Shown here in pieces: positions 1-8,400 of a stretch of DNA of 40,380 nucleotides. The notes beneath the pieces were generated by a model. It searched no databases and was not told the DNA's origin. It saw only the letters and a list, made by a program, of their open reading frames with translations. The number at the start of each line of letters is the position of its first letter. Position 1 is the first letter of the stretch. Source of the DNA: a virus (Duplodnaviria; Heunggongvirae; Uroviricota; Caudoviricetes); the IMG/VR virus record IMGVR_UViG_2744054872_000003, positions 1 to 40,380 of that record; one strand, written 5' to 3'. The translations under genes were made by a program, and so were the position numbers.

Positions 1-111
1 AAGTCGCTGTCGTTCTCAAAATCGGTGGAGCTGCATGACAAAGTCATCGGGCATTATCTGAACATAAAACACTATCAGTAAGTTGGAGTCATTACCTAAC
101 AAGGAATAGTG

Positions 112-627
112 ATGAAATTTAAAAAATGTCTTCTGCCTGTGGCAATGTTAGCGTCATTCACTCTGGCAGGATGCCAGTCAAATGCTGACGATCATGCCGC
201 CGATGTTTATCAAACCGATCAACTGAATACCAAACAAGAAACTAAAACCGTTAATATTATTTCCATTCTTCCCGCAAAAGTTGCCGTAGACAACTCCCAA
301 AATAAACGGAACGCACAAGCCTTCGGCGCGCTTATTGGCGCAGTCGCTGGCGGTGTTATCGGCCACAACGTCGGTTCTGGCAGCAATTCCGGAACGACGG
401 CAGGGGCAGTTAGCGGCGGAGCTGTAGGCGCGGCAGTGGGTTCTATGGTGAATGATAAAACCTTAGTGGAAGGTGTTTCTTTAACATATAAGGAAGGCAC
501 CAAAGTGTATACCTCTACCCAGGTGGGTAAAGAGTGCCAGTTTACGACAGGTTTAGCCGTTGTTATTACCACAACGTATAACGAAACGCGTATTCAGCCA
601 AATACTAAATGTCCTGAAAAGAGCTAA
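112..627 (+). CDS. Lipoprotein with Gly/Ala-rich glycine-zipper segment (SlyB/YcfJ-like outer membrane lipoprotein)
   Basis: Signal peptide ending in lipobox LAGC; GALIGAVAGGVIGHNVGSG glycine-zipper stretch; AAGGAA RBS 6-11 nt upstream of ATG at 112 (the ORF-track start at 109 is a GTG one codon earlier). Confidence 0.6.
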   Translation: MKFKKCLLPVAMLASFTLAGCQSNADDHAADVYQTDQLNTKQETKTVNIISILPAKVAVDNSQNKRNAQAFGALIGAVAGGVIGHNVGSGSNSGTTAGAVSGGAVGAAVGSMVNDKTLVEGVSLTYKEGTKVYTSTQVGKECQFTTGLAVVITTTYNETRIQPNTKCPEKS

Positions 628-642
628 TAATCAGGAGGAGTC

Positions 643-1182
643 ATGAAGAAAGTTTTTCTTTGCGCCATCTTGGCCTCCTTAAGCTATCCGGCTATCGCCT
701 CATCATTGCAGGATCAACTCTCTGCTGTAGCAGAAGCTGAACAGCAAGGTAAAAATGAAGAGCAAAGGCAGCATGACGAATGGGTCGCGGAGCGCAACAG
801 GGAAATCCAGCAAGAGAAGCAACGTCGCGCAAATGCCCAGGCCGCCGCTAACAAAAGAGCGGCAACGGCAGCGGCAAATAAGAAAGCTCGTCAGGATAAA
901 CTGGACGCCGAAGCCTCTGCGGACAAAAAACGCGATCAAAGTTATGAAGATGAGCTACGCAGCTTAGAGATTCAGAAACAAAAACTGGCGCTGGCAAAAG
1001 AAGAAGCCCGCGTTAAGCGAGAAAACGAATTTATCGATCAGGAACTGAAGCACAAAGCTGCGCAAACCGATGTGGTGCAATCTGAAGCTGACGCCAACAG
1101 AAATATGACTGAAGGCGGTCGCGATCTGATGAAAAGCGTGGGCAAAGCAGAAGAGAACAAATCGGAAAGCTGGTTTAATTAA
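643..1182 (+). CDS. Secreted, highly charged coiled-coil protein of unknown function
   Basis: N-terminal signal peptide (AIASS), then K/E/R/Q/A-rich low-complexity sequence; GGAGG RBS upstream; tightly linked to the lipoprotein gene. Confidence 0.5.
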   Translation: MKKVFLCAILASLSYPAIASSLQDQLSAVAEAEQQGKNEEQRQHDEWVAERNREIQQEKQRRANAQAAANKRAATAAANKKARQDKLDAEASADKKRDQSYEDELRSLEIQKQKLALAKEEARVKRENEFIDQELKHKAAQTDVVQSEADANRNMTEGGRDLMKSVGKAEENKSESWFN

Positions 1183-1220
1183 TCGATGTTAGTAACTTCA
1201 AGCCTATGATTCTTGAAGAT

Positions 1221-1251
1221 AAAAAACCCTCTGTAGTAACAGAGGGTTTTG
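1221..1251. terminator. Bidirectional intrinsic terminator between the plus-strand gene pair and the convergent lysis cassette
   Basis: Hairpin CCCTCTGT-AGTA-ACAGAGGG flanked by an A6 run upstream and a T-run downstream, so it gives a U-tract on either strand. Confidence 0.6.
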
Positions 1252-1399
1252 TTCATTCATAGTGCAGGGTCAAATCATTCCCACTCAATCATTTACGAAA
1301 ATCATAACCAATTGAGTGATAACACTTTTCCAAAGCTCAATTTTCCTCGTACCGTTTTATATACCGTCACAGGAAATCAGTACCATGAAAAATGCCATA

Positions 1400-1882
1400 C
1401 TATCTGGTCAGGGTGTCGTACTGTTTTTCGCAGACTCTTCCGGCTTCGGCTGCCCGGTCAGCATACTCTGCCAGTTGTCTGTTTCTCTCGAGAGATTTGC
1501 TGAGCACGTCGGCAAGCAAAACTCCGGTGTCTGCGGCTGACGTCCCAGCGCCGACAATGGCGTTATACTGCCTGAGCTGATCACGGATGGCAACGAGCTG
1601 TTGCTGCAACCGGCCAGCGCGAGCGGCAGCATCAAGAGCATCATTGCGCGCCTGGTCGATCCTCTGCTGAGCTTCACGTTCATTGGTCGTTTTCTCCTGT
1701 TCGTAGTGCTGACGAACTCTCTCATCTTCAGCTTTGCGGTCTTCCTTCGCCTGCGCATACCCGGCGTTGTACTGACGACTTCCGTGTACATTCCAGGCAA
1801 CAACTCCTGATATGACCAGAACAGCAAGCATCACCACGATAAGCAACTGTTTCCAGTATGCTTTTACGAATGCCCAGATCAT
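1400..1882 (-). CDS. i-spanin (Rz-like)
   Basis: N-terminal transmembrane helix followed by a charged coiled-coil periplasmic domain; overlaps the endolysin stop by ATGA; last gene of the lysis cassette. Confidence 0.6.
   Translation of the reverse strand: MIWAFVKAYWKQLLIVVMLAVLVISGVVAWNVHGSRQYNAGYAQAKEDRKAEDERVRQHYEQEKTTNEREAQQRIDQARNDALDAAARAGRLQQQLVAIRDQLRQYNAIVGAGTSAADTGVLLADVLSKSLERNRQLAEYADRAAEAGRVCEKQYDTLTR
1408..1644 (-). CDS. o-spanin (Rz1-like lipoprotein) embedded in the +1 frame of the i-spanin gene
   Basis: Internal start [13 protein letters not shown] gives a lipobox signal; short Pro-rich mature region; fully nested in the i-spanin gene. Confidence 0.5.
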   Translation of the reverse strand: MMLLMLPLALAGCSNSSLPSVISSGSITPLSALGRQPQTPEFCLPTCSANLSRETDNWQSMLTGQPKPEESAKNSTTP

Positions 1883-2508
1883 ACCGCCAGCACCTTACTG
1901 GCAGTGACGTACCGCGCTCGCCTGTCGTCGATGCCGTTCCTGCCACCATTGATAATCAGAGTTACACGTGCAATATCGCCGGTATACTTCATGCAGCCTT
2001 TGCTGGAGAAAAACCACGCCGCGCTACGAGCCGCATATTCGTCCTGCGCCAGCAGTTCAGGATTCTCCAGCAGGTCCACTTTCAGGCCGTTTCCGCAGTC
2101 ACGATAGTTATTCAAACCGGTAATCTGAATAAGCCCGCGCCCACGGTAATTCCAGCCATCTCCGGGGGCATTGTTCCCCATGCGTTTGCTGTATACAAGA
2201 TTTGCGATCGCTCGCTGGCGCTCGAGTGGTAATGGCGGTTCACCAGCACGGCGACCCAGTGCATTAGCCTGTCCCTGAGTGAGGCGCCCAGCCCGAACGA
2301 AGTTAGCCAGTCCGGTGACGCTGTAGTTGAAATTCTCCTGCAACCGGGTGAAACCACCAGACTCATGCCCGACCTGAGCAATAAACATTGCCTGATCTTC
2401 GGGTTTGCTGATACCAAACTCTTTCATCGCAGAAGTTATATGCGAGAACCAGCGTGCGGCCAGCGCCTCGCTAATACCAGCAGCTCGCTGGAATTGTTTA
2501 ATCTCCAT
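1879..2508 (-). CDS. Endolysin, glycoside hydrolase family 19 (chitinase-like lysozyme)
   Basis: Motifs [17 protein letters not shown] and [13 protein letters not shown] typical of GH19 phage endolysins; start taken at internal ATG (MEIKQF) preceded by GAGGT RBS, because the upstream part of the ORF-track frame overlaps the holin. Confidence 0.75.
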   Translation of the reverse strand: MEIKQFQRAAGISEALAARWFSHITSAMKEFGISKPEDQAMFIAQVGHESGGFTRLQENFNYSVTGLANFVRAGRLTQGQANALGRRAGEPPLPLERQRAIANLVYSKRMGNNAPGDGWNYRGRGLIQITGLNNYRDCGNGLKVDLLENPELLAQDEYAARSAAWFFSSKGCMKYTGDIARVTLIINGGRNGIDDRRARYVTASKVLAV

Positions 2509-2806
2509 GTTTAGACCTCGATATTTTGAAAATCTGAACAACGTTACCGCGTGTTTTAATAACCGCTGCAAGCATGACAGCGTTGATAATGACCTCAGAT
2601 AAATCCACAGCCATTGGTGTGCGTAACCAGATTGCATAGACGACACGAACAGGAATACTAGCCGCAGCAACAATCAGGAAATAAGCAAGCCACCCTCCCC
2701 ATCTTCGATGTTGAGCTCCGTTACGCCGGAATGTGACAACGCGAATTGCTATGCCAGCACAAATAACTGCATTGGTGATAAGCAAAAAAAACTCATGCGT
2801 TACCAT
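2498..2806 (-). CDS. Holin-like membrane protein
   Basis: About 100 aa with two or three hydrophobic helices, immediately upstream of the endolysin. Confidence 0.45.
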   Translation of the reverse strand: MVTHEFFLLITNAVICAGIAIRVVTFRRNGAQHRRWGGWLAYFLIVAAASIPVRVVYAIWLRTPMAVDLSEVIINAVMLAAVIKTRGNVVQIFKISRSKHGD

Positions 2807-3209
2807 CGTCTTTTCTCCCCGGAATTAACTCGCGTGGATTATCAGAACGGTGGTAGAGCCAGATGCCAATTCGCACTGCGACAATTGCTGATACGAATGC
2901 GCCAGCAGAGAAAACAATCCCTTTCTCGAAAGAGTCCTTAGTTATAGTAGGGATCAGACTGGCGATACCGATAAGAATTGATGCTGTCGGTTTGTAGAAG
3001 AGAAGGCCGCAAAGGAAACTGAGCATCGACAGGAGAACCCTGCGATTAATGGGATACTCAATGGCAGAGGTAACAAAAATTACCGCACCAGACAAAGCTC
3101 CCAAAGCCACCTCAGGAGGAGCACCTGCTATCACTGCAACAAGAGAACTCATACTAAGCCACTGATTTAAAGATTCACTGGTTAGCTGGACTGACATAAA
3201 AACCACCAT
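2793..3209 (-). CDS. Holin-like membrane protein (first gene of the lysis cassette)
   Basis: Multiple transmembrane segments; GGTGG RBS; promoter-like TTGAAA-N18-TATGAT upstream on the minus strand. Confidence 0.45.
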   Translation of the reverse strand: MVVFMSVQLTSESLNQWLSMSSLVAVIAGAPPEVALGALSGAVIFVTSAIEYPINRRVLLSMLSFLCGLLFYKPTASILIGIASLIPTITKDSFEKGIVFSAGAFVSAIVAVRIGIWLYHRSDNPRELIPGRKDDGNA

Positions 3210-3289
3210 TTACTGTGCATGAATACAACTTTAGTTAGTGCATCCATCATACACAACAAACCATATATGTTTCAAAACCACCACCAAAA

Positions 3290-3304
3290 TTACCCTAAAG
3301 GTAA
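3290..3304. promoter_or_regulatory. Operator-like inverted repeat TTACC-CTAAA-GGTAA upstream of the lysis promoter
   Basis: Perfect match to the recurring TTACC-N5-GGTAA motif; lies just upstream of a -35/-10 pair reading toward the holin gene. Confidence 0.5.
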
Positions 3305-3661
3305 TAAATTAATGTTATGTATTTTAAGGATGTAAAATACTTAATTTATTCGACAGGTACACATCTCTATTATTTTTGATGTAGCGGGTACCCACACTGA
3401 GCATCATATAGTTTTTTTAATTCTGACATGAATATCTTCATGTTTGATTTAGTATGTATCTCCTTATAAGAATTCATGATACAAGACGTTTGCTAACCAG
3501 ACATTTGAAAAATTCATATTGCTTTGAAATATATATTCAAAAAAAGACACCAAAATATATAAATAAATTACACCAGCATACCATAACAATATTTATCTTC
3601 ACATATATTGTATTTCCTACAGTGTTTATGTCCTGGCATTTAATACATAAAATAATTTTAT

Positions 3662-3685
3662 ACGCCCTTCCATGGGCGTTTTTTA
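3662..3685. terminator. Hairpin terminator at the 3' end of the tailspike gene
   Basis: ACGCCC-TTCCAT-GGGCGT stem with a T6 run on the plus strand and an AU-rich tract on the minus strand. Confidence 0.4.
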
Positions 3686-5941
3686 GTTCAATGCAGTCCA
3701 ATCATTACTAGTGAGACCATGAGACTTCCACCATTTACTTGTCCCTGGAAGCCATACCTCTTGACCAATAAATCGAGGTGTCACGTTACCAACAGGAGTG
3801 CTCATTCCGGCACTTGTAACAACATATCCATATTTTGCTGGGCCTGTTCCATTATTAAGGATTGTATCCTTTGTTATGCCTGTTGCCCCATTGTACCATT
3901 CCAAATCACTACCGCTAGCACCGCTAATAAATTCAGGCATAAAGTGTGAAAATGAATTATTGGCATCCACTCTTGCACCATGGTAAGCCTTATAACCGCT
4001 GGCTTGAGTATTGCTCCACCTCCCTCCTTTTACACTACCAGCAGATGAAGAGAAAAATCTTGCCGCATATCTTGCAAAACCGGCTATATTTATATCATTC
4101 AATTCATAATCAGAAAGAGACGCAATTGACATACCATCATTATTAGGAATACCTGATGCTATTTGTGGGTTTGATGCATATCCTGTTAATGTTGCTCCGT
4201 TAATATATATCCCCGTGCTTGGCCCAGTCTCTGATGTGTATATTCCAACTCCAGAACAGTTAAAAACCTGAAGATCTGTTATTCTAACATTTCTGGCACA
4301 ATTAAAGCTCAAGCCACGCTCAGCTGGTGAATAGGTATCGCGCATAGGATATCCGACATCACGCAAGCGAACTCCGTTAATGCTAATGTTGCTAGGATTC
4401 ATACCTTGTGTTACTGACTCAAAACCTTCAAATGTAATGCCATTACCAACATTGACTCCCACTACATTACTGACATGAATATCTGAGACATACCTTTTAA
4501 ATCCGATAACTCCATGGGCACAATTACGACCAACAACGTTGGTGATAATGCAATTACGTGTACCTCCTGGCACCGCTGCAGAACAATAAATTCCCAAATC
4601 CCGACAATTATCTACGAGAAGGCCGTCAATGACGGAATCTATAGCGCTTGCATACATCAGGCATGAATCAGGAGCATTAACAAGTTCAACATTCTTTAGT
4701 GTGCAACGTGCTCCACCAAAGGTAAGGATATCAGCTACAGCATAAAGCTTGTTGTTTTCTTGATTACCATCAATGCGTAAATCACGTATATGAACATCAT
4801 TAGCCCCCATGTTGTGAACAAGGTAGTAGGCCTGTGTTTTATCAACACAAATATCATCCGCAAATTTAAGCCATCCCCCAGCACCGATAAGTATTGTTTT
4901 CTCCTTGATCTGTAATCCAGTAAATATCCATGGATCTCCATCTTTATTCTTTGGAGTAATCTTTATTGCACAATAACCAGGAACAGAACCAGAATAATCA
5001 AGTGCTGCCTGTAGCGTCTGCTGATCTGTCATGCTACCAAACATAAAAGAACGCACATCAATACAGTCATCAACCTGTAATTCCAATTGTAGGCCATCAA
5101 AACGGTCAACAATAACAATACCATCTGCAGTAATACCCGTATTTGGAGTTACTGAGTACTTATTATAACTACCGGCAGAGTTTTTAACCGCCACCAGGCG
5201 ACCTTCAACGGTAGTGTTTGTTGTCAGCTCAGCCTGAGTGTCGAGCTCCATCGCAATGCCACCAATAAGTGAAGCTCCGGTAGGCTTTGCGAGTTCAATC
5301 AGCACATCTGAAGCAGAACCTGAAGGAGGTAAAACAACAATAGGGTTACCGCCGTTGTCGAAAGCTGGAATTTTATTAGCACGGGTAGCGGCATCAGGAA
5401 GTTGCGGTATCTGCTCCTGAACGCGCAACGTATTTCCTAGATTAGTACTGAGCAGTGTATCAACATAATTTTTAGTAGCAGCATCTTGAGGCTTTGAAGG
5501 ATCGCGTAAATTACGGATGTAATTGTTTAGCGCATCATAATAGTTAGCCACGAATGATGGTTTACGCAGCGCCAGGCTAAACCAACTTCTAACCTGCTGA
5601 ATCAACATCGTTAACTTATCAAACGCATCCTCATGCACCTCAGCAAAAAACTTACCCTGATTGCGCAGATCAGTTTCCTGTGTAACCGGTAGCTCTCGTG
5701 ATATAGAAATCTGATAATCGTTAGCCAACGCCTTCGACAGAATTACATTGCCTCCGTTATACCCTCCCGCACCAGTGACTGTGTAATCAGTATCAAGAAC
5801 CAGCACAGTGATATTCTCGTCAAGGTCAATCACCTGCACAACCAGATCAGATTTCTGGAATATCCTGAAGGTATAAGGGAATGTCGTTGTAACACCGTTA
5901 CCGGTGTATTCGTTGTGGTCAACTTCGGTTGAGACCGTCAT
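3683..5941 (-). CDS. Tailspike protein with T7 gp17-like N-terminal attachment domain and beta-helix-type central domain
   Basis: N-terminus YTGNGVTTTFPYTFRIFQKSDLVVQV resembles the conserved podovirus tail-fibre/tailspike N-terminal domain; central region has Asn/Gly/Val-rich repeats typical of a parallel beta-helix depolymerase. Confidence 0.75.
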   Translation of the reverse strand: MTVSTEVDHNEYTGNGVTTTFPYTFRIFQKSDLVVQVIDLDENITVLVLDTDYTVTGAGGYNGGNVILSKALANDYQISISRELPVTQETDLRNQGKFFAEVHEDAFDKLTMLIQQVRSWFSLALRKPSFVANYYDALNNYIRNLRDPSKPQDAATKNYVDTLLSTNLGNTLRVQEQIPQLPDAATRANKIPAFDNGGNPIVVLPPSGSASDVLIELAKPTGASLIGGIAMELDTQAELTTNTTVEGRLVAVKNSAGSYNKYSVTPNTGITADGIVIVDRFDGLQLELQVDDCIDVRSFMFGSMTDQQTLQAALDYSGSVPGYCAIKITPKNKDGDPWIFTGLQIKEKTILIGAGGWLKFADDICVDKTQAYYLVHNMGANDVHIRDLRIDGNQENNKLYAVADILTFGGARCTLKNVELVNAPDSCLMYASAIDSVIDGLLVDNCRDLGIYCSAAVPGGTRNCIITNVVGRNCAHGVIGFKRYVSDIHVSNVVGVNVGNGITFEGFESVTQGMNPSNISINGVRLRDVGYPMRDTYSPAERGLSFNCARNVRITDLQVFNCSGVGIYTSETGPSTGIYINGATLTGYASNPQIASGIPNNDGMSIASLSDYELNDINIAGFARYAARFFSSSAGSVKGGRWSNTQASGYKAYHGARVDANNSFSHFMPEFISGASGSDLEWYNGATGITKDTILNNGTGPAKYGYVVTSAGMSTPVGNVTPRFIGQEVWLPGTSKWWKSHGLTSNDWTALN

Positions 5942-6045
5942 GTTAAATCTCCAGATAGTCGCAGCACCCGTTGCGCCGCATATCTGGTTATTCTATTACC
6001 TGAAAAACCACATATGGATAGAAAGACTGTGAATATGAATAGATA

Positions 6046-6060
6046 TTACCTTTCGGGTAA
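6046..6060. promoter_or_regulatory. Operator-like inverted repeat TTACC-TTTCG-GGTAA
   Basis: Perfect motif copy upstream of the 6137 gene. Confidence 0.5.
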
Positions 6061-6099
6061 TTTGCAAAACGTGCTGGATAGCAAACAAATTATTTGATA

Positions 6100-6115
6100 C
6101 TGTATAAATATACAG
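6100..6115. promoter_or_regulatory. LexA (SOS) box CTGTATAAATATACAG
   Basis: Matches CTGT-N8-ACAG with an AT-rich centre, one mismatch from the E. coli consensus CTGTATATATATACAG; 21 bp upstream of the 6137 start. Confidence 0.65.
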
Positions 6116-6136
6116 TTATTGCATGGAGAAGATAAG

Positions 6137-6394
6137 ATGCAGCAGTATCACTATCCACTGGAAGACGGATTTACCGAAAGGATTCACACGCCGGGAGGCG
6201 TCAGGTCACTGGTGGAGGGATCGCATTTGATGAAATTACTCCGGGATCTCGATAAGGATGGATTTAATGTCGATGGCCCACTTGCCGAACTGACTGCACT
6301 GATTAACTACGTCACCAGCTCACAGATGTCTATGCGGGATCTGCAAACACATCTCGACTATTGTGCCGAACAATTACGAAAACAAACCAGATAA
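6137..6394 (+). CDS. Small protein homologous to the C-terminal domain of the adjacent antirepressor
   Basis: Aligns over about 85 aa with residues about 145-228 of the 6708..7394 product (shared pattern PL-G-IH-P-GV-L-E-S-LM-LL-DG-V-G-AELT-Y-RD-QTH-Y); GGAGAAG RBS. Confidence 0.55.
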   Translation: MQQYHYPLEDGFTERIHTPGGVRSLVEGSHLMKLLRDLDKDGFNVDGPLAELTALINYVTSSQMSMRDLQTHLDYCAEQLRKQTR

Positions 6395-6425
6395 GGTTTG
6401 CAATTGCCAAGTGGAGTGCTTATAT

Positions 6426-6440
6426 TTACCTTTGCGGTAA
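6426..6440. promoter_or_regulatory. Operator-like inverted repeat TTACC-TTTGC-GGTAA upstream of the antirepressor leader
   Basis: Perfect motif copy. Confidence 0.5.
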
Positions 6441-6707
6441 ATTTACATCGCACTCCTCTTGTGCCATAGTAATCGGGCACTGGCAAAATCCAGTGCCGGG
6501 ATTGGCGTCCCGAGTTACTACAGAGGCACATATGCCGCATAAGCGGTTTTTTTTATGTGTAAAGCGCACCTATTCTATGGTGGGCTGTGTGGGGGCACCG
6601 AAAGGTGCGCCGGGTCCTTTGTAGCCGGTTACGCCAACCCTGCACAGTTCACCACCAACCGATTGGCGTCGGTAGTGGTGATTAACCTAACTACAAAGGT
6701 GATCACT

Positions 6708-7394
6708 ATGACTGCTAACGTAACCCCATCTGTTTTTCATTTTGAATCAGAAGCAACCATTCGAGCCATTGTTATTGATGGAAATCCTTGGTTTGTTGCC
6801 AAAGACGTTATTAAAGCTCTTCAACTGACAAACCCCACTATGTCAATAAAATCTCTTGATGATGATGAAAGGGCTAAATTTAACTTAGGCCGTCAAGGCG
6901 AAACCAATATTATCAACGAGTCAGGCCTCTACACACTGATCCTCCGCTGCCGCGATGCAGTAACACCAGGCACTATCCCCTACCGCTTTCGCAAATGGGT
7001 TACAGGTGAGGTACTTCCTCAGATCCGCCGCACCGGAAGTTACATTAAAAACTCGCTCCCGCAGGAAGAACGCATAAAGATGGTTGCCGACCAGGTAGCC
7101 AACGCCACGGCGTCAGCAGTGATGCAGGCAATGAAGATAGAGAACAAAACCTACAGTGCCCCACTGAAGCCCGGCTACCGTAGCCTGATTCATTCGCCGT
7201 CTGGTGTTCTCGGCCTGACGGAGAACTCACTGCTGATGAATCTGCTGAACAAGTTACAGGAAGACGGGCACGATGTATCGGGCGCGGCAGCGGAGCTGAC
7301 CACCATGTTCTGCTACATCGTCGGTGTGAGCAAATGCCTGCGTGATATCCAGACGCACGCGGAGTACATCAACGACAAAGCAGGGTTCTTCTGA
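6708..7394 (+). CDS. Antirepressor, Bro-N domain protein
   Basis: N-terminus FHFESEATIRAIVIDGNPWFVAKDV...NESGLYTLILR fits the Bro-N pattern; AAGGTGA RBS before ATG at 6708; the ORF-track extension to 6555 looks non-coding. Confidence 0.7.
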   Translation: MTANVTPSVFHFESEATIRAIVIDGNPWFVAKDVIKALQLTNPTMSIKSLDDDERAKFNLGRQGETNIINESGLYTLILRCRDAVTPGTIPYRFRKWVTGEVLPQIRRTGSYIKNSLPQEERIKMVADQVANATASAVMQAMKIENKTYSAPLKPGYRSLIHSPSGVLGLTENSLLMNLLNKLQEDGHDVSGAAAELTTMFCYIVGVSKCLRDIQTHAEYINDKAGFF

Positions 7395-7466
7395 CAAGCG
7401 GTGGCACAGGGATGTGCCTTTAAATAATTCTGTACAGATTGCAGACTGTGGGTGAATAGCGTACTA

Positions 7467-7481
7467 TTACCTTAAAGGTAA
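7467..7481. promoter_or_regulatory. Operator-like inverted repeat TTACC-TTAAA-GGTAA overlapping the RBS of the 7494 gene
   Basis: Perfect motif copy directly abutting the AAGGAGG Shine-Dalgarno. Confidence 0.5.
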
Positions 7482-7493
7482 AGGAGGCGCGAT

Positions 7494-7661
7494 ATGACAG
7501 CGTTGAAAAATCGTACTCAGCACAATGAACAAGCCAAGCAATGCTGGGATGTCATTGGAAAAGTTATGCTTGGCCGCGCAAGCAAAGAGCGCGACAAGGA
7601 TATGGTTTACCAGACAGGAACATCTTTCAGCGACTTCAAGGCGGCATTTCGCTCCAAATAG
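7494..7661 (+). CDS. Small hypothetical protein (55 aa)
   Basis: Strong AAGGAGG RBS; protein-like composition; not in the ORF track because it is under 60 aa. Confidence 0.4.
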   Translation: MTALKNRTQHNEQAKQCWDVIGKVMLGRASKERDKDMVYQTGTSFSDFKAAFRSK

Positions 7662-7681
7662 AAGCACATCAGGAGTTTTCC

Positions 7682-8122
7682 TTGAAGTTTAACATTAGAA
7701 TATCTAATAGTTTTCTACATGGGGAAAGCAACACCCCTTTCGCTGTAGACGGACCTTTCCTTACTGATGATGAAATAAAAATCATACAAAGTTTTTTAGA
7801 GGATGTTGCCAATGGAAGGGCGCTTGTTGGAAAAAACAAGCCCTCGTGGGTTGATGATAACCATGATAAAATTCCCGGCTCAGACAATTATGAGCAAGAG
7901 AATTATTGGCATTATCATTGTGGGCCAACATGGTATCCAAACACATTTAAGAATTATACCATTAACTTAAATTTCAACCCTGGCGGAAGGCATTCTAATG
8001 AATGCATTCATTATGCAAAAAATGATAATGAAATTGTCATTGTTGGATTTTCAAGAGAACACATACCTTTCCTTTCATCAGATGGAAACAACAATCCGCT
8101 TTTTAATGATGAAGAAGAATAG
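7682..8122 (+). CDS. AT-rich accessory gene of unknown function (147 aa), probable TTG start
   Basis: ORF with no in-frame ATG after 7541; AGGAG RBS 6 nt before TTG at 7682; markedly AT-rich; acidic C-terminus; ends at a strong terminator. Confidence 0.45.
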   Translation: MKFNIRISNSFLHGESNTPFAVDGPFLTDDEIKIIQSFLEDVANGRALVGKNKPSWVDDNHDKIPGSDNYEQENYWHYHCGPTWYPNTFKNYTINLNFNPGGRHSNECIHYAKNDNEIVIVGFSREHIPFLSSDGNNNPLFNDEEE

Positions 8123-8143
8123 CCCGCGCTGCGGGCTTTTTTT
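8121..8143 (+). terminator. Rho-independent terminator
   Basis: AGCCCGC-GCT-GCGGGCT hairpin followed by T6. Confidence 0.75.
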
Positions 8144-8215
8144 GTGGACGAAACAAAAGTCAGTGCTACACTCATTGACGCCACATTGAGGTGGCTTATA
8201 GATGGAAATTTCACA

Positions 8216-8377
8216 ATGAAAAAAGCATTTGCTGCACTGTTCGTTTTGTTGTCTCTGGTAGCTTCAACTCAGGCCTTTGCCGGTCGTTGTCAGCACGACA
8301 GCGACACTGCTGCTGACGGCTCACGCTGCGGTGGGCGTTCTGCGGATTCCCGCCCAGGCGGCGGTGGCATTCGTTAA
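8216..8377 (+). CDS. Small secreted Gly/Cys-containing peptide (53 aa precursor)
   Basis: Signal peptide MKKAFAALFVLLSLVASTQAFA then a 31-aa Gly/Ser/Asp-rich tail with two Cys; weak RBS. Confidence 0.3.
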   Translation: MKKAFAALFVLLSLVASTQAFAGRCQHDSDTAADGSRCGGRSADSRPGGGGIR

Positions 8378-8383
8378 AAACAA

Positions 8384-8400
8384 GGCCGCGAAAGCGGCCT
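8384..8400 (-). terminator. Intrinsic terminator after the 8409..8705 gene
   Basis: GGCCGC-GAAA-GCGGCC hairpin followed on the minus strand by TTGTTTTT. Confidence 0.55.

Noticed and set aside
3454-3711. 85-aa plus-strand ORF in the AT-rich spacer
   Set aside because: Translation is dominated by Ile/Phe/Tyr/Lys as expected from AT-rich non-coding DNA, with no RBS, and the region carries promoter and operator features.
6555-6707. ORF-track N-terminal extension of the antirepressor, and the overlapping 6361..6624 ORF
   Set aside because: The region is dense with hairpins and a T8 tract, the translation is Cys/Gly-rich with no RBS, and the Bro-N domain begins right at the ATG at 6708.
7541-7681. 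ORF-track start of the 193-aa frame (MLGCHWKSYAWPRKQRARQG...)
   Set aside because: It overlaps the better 55-aa ORF in another frame, is Trp/Cys/Arg-rich, and has normal GC while the downstream part is AT-rich; the gene more likely starts at TTG 7682 behind an AGGAG RBS.
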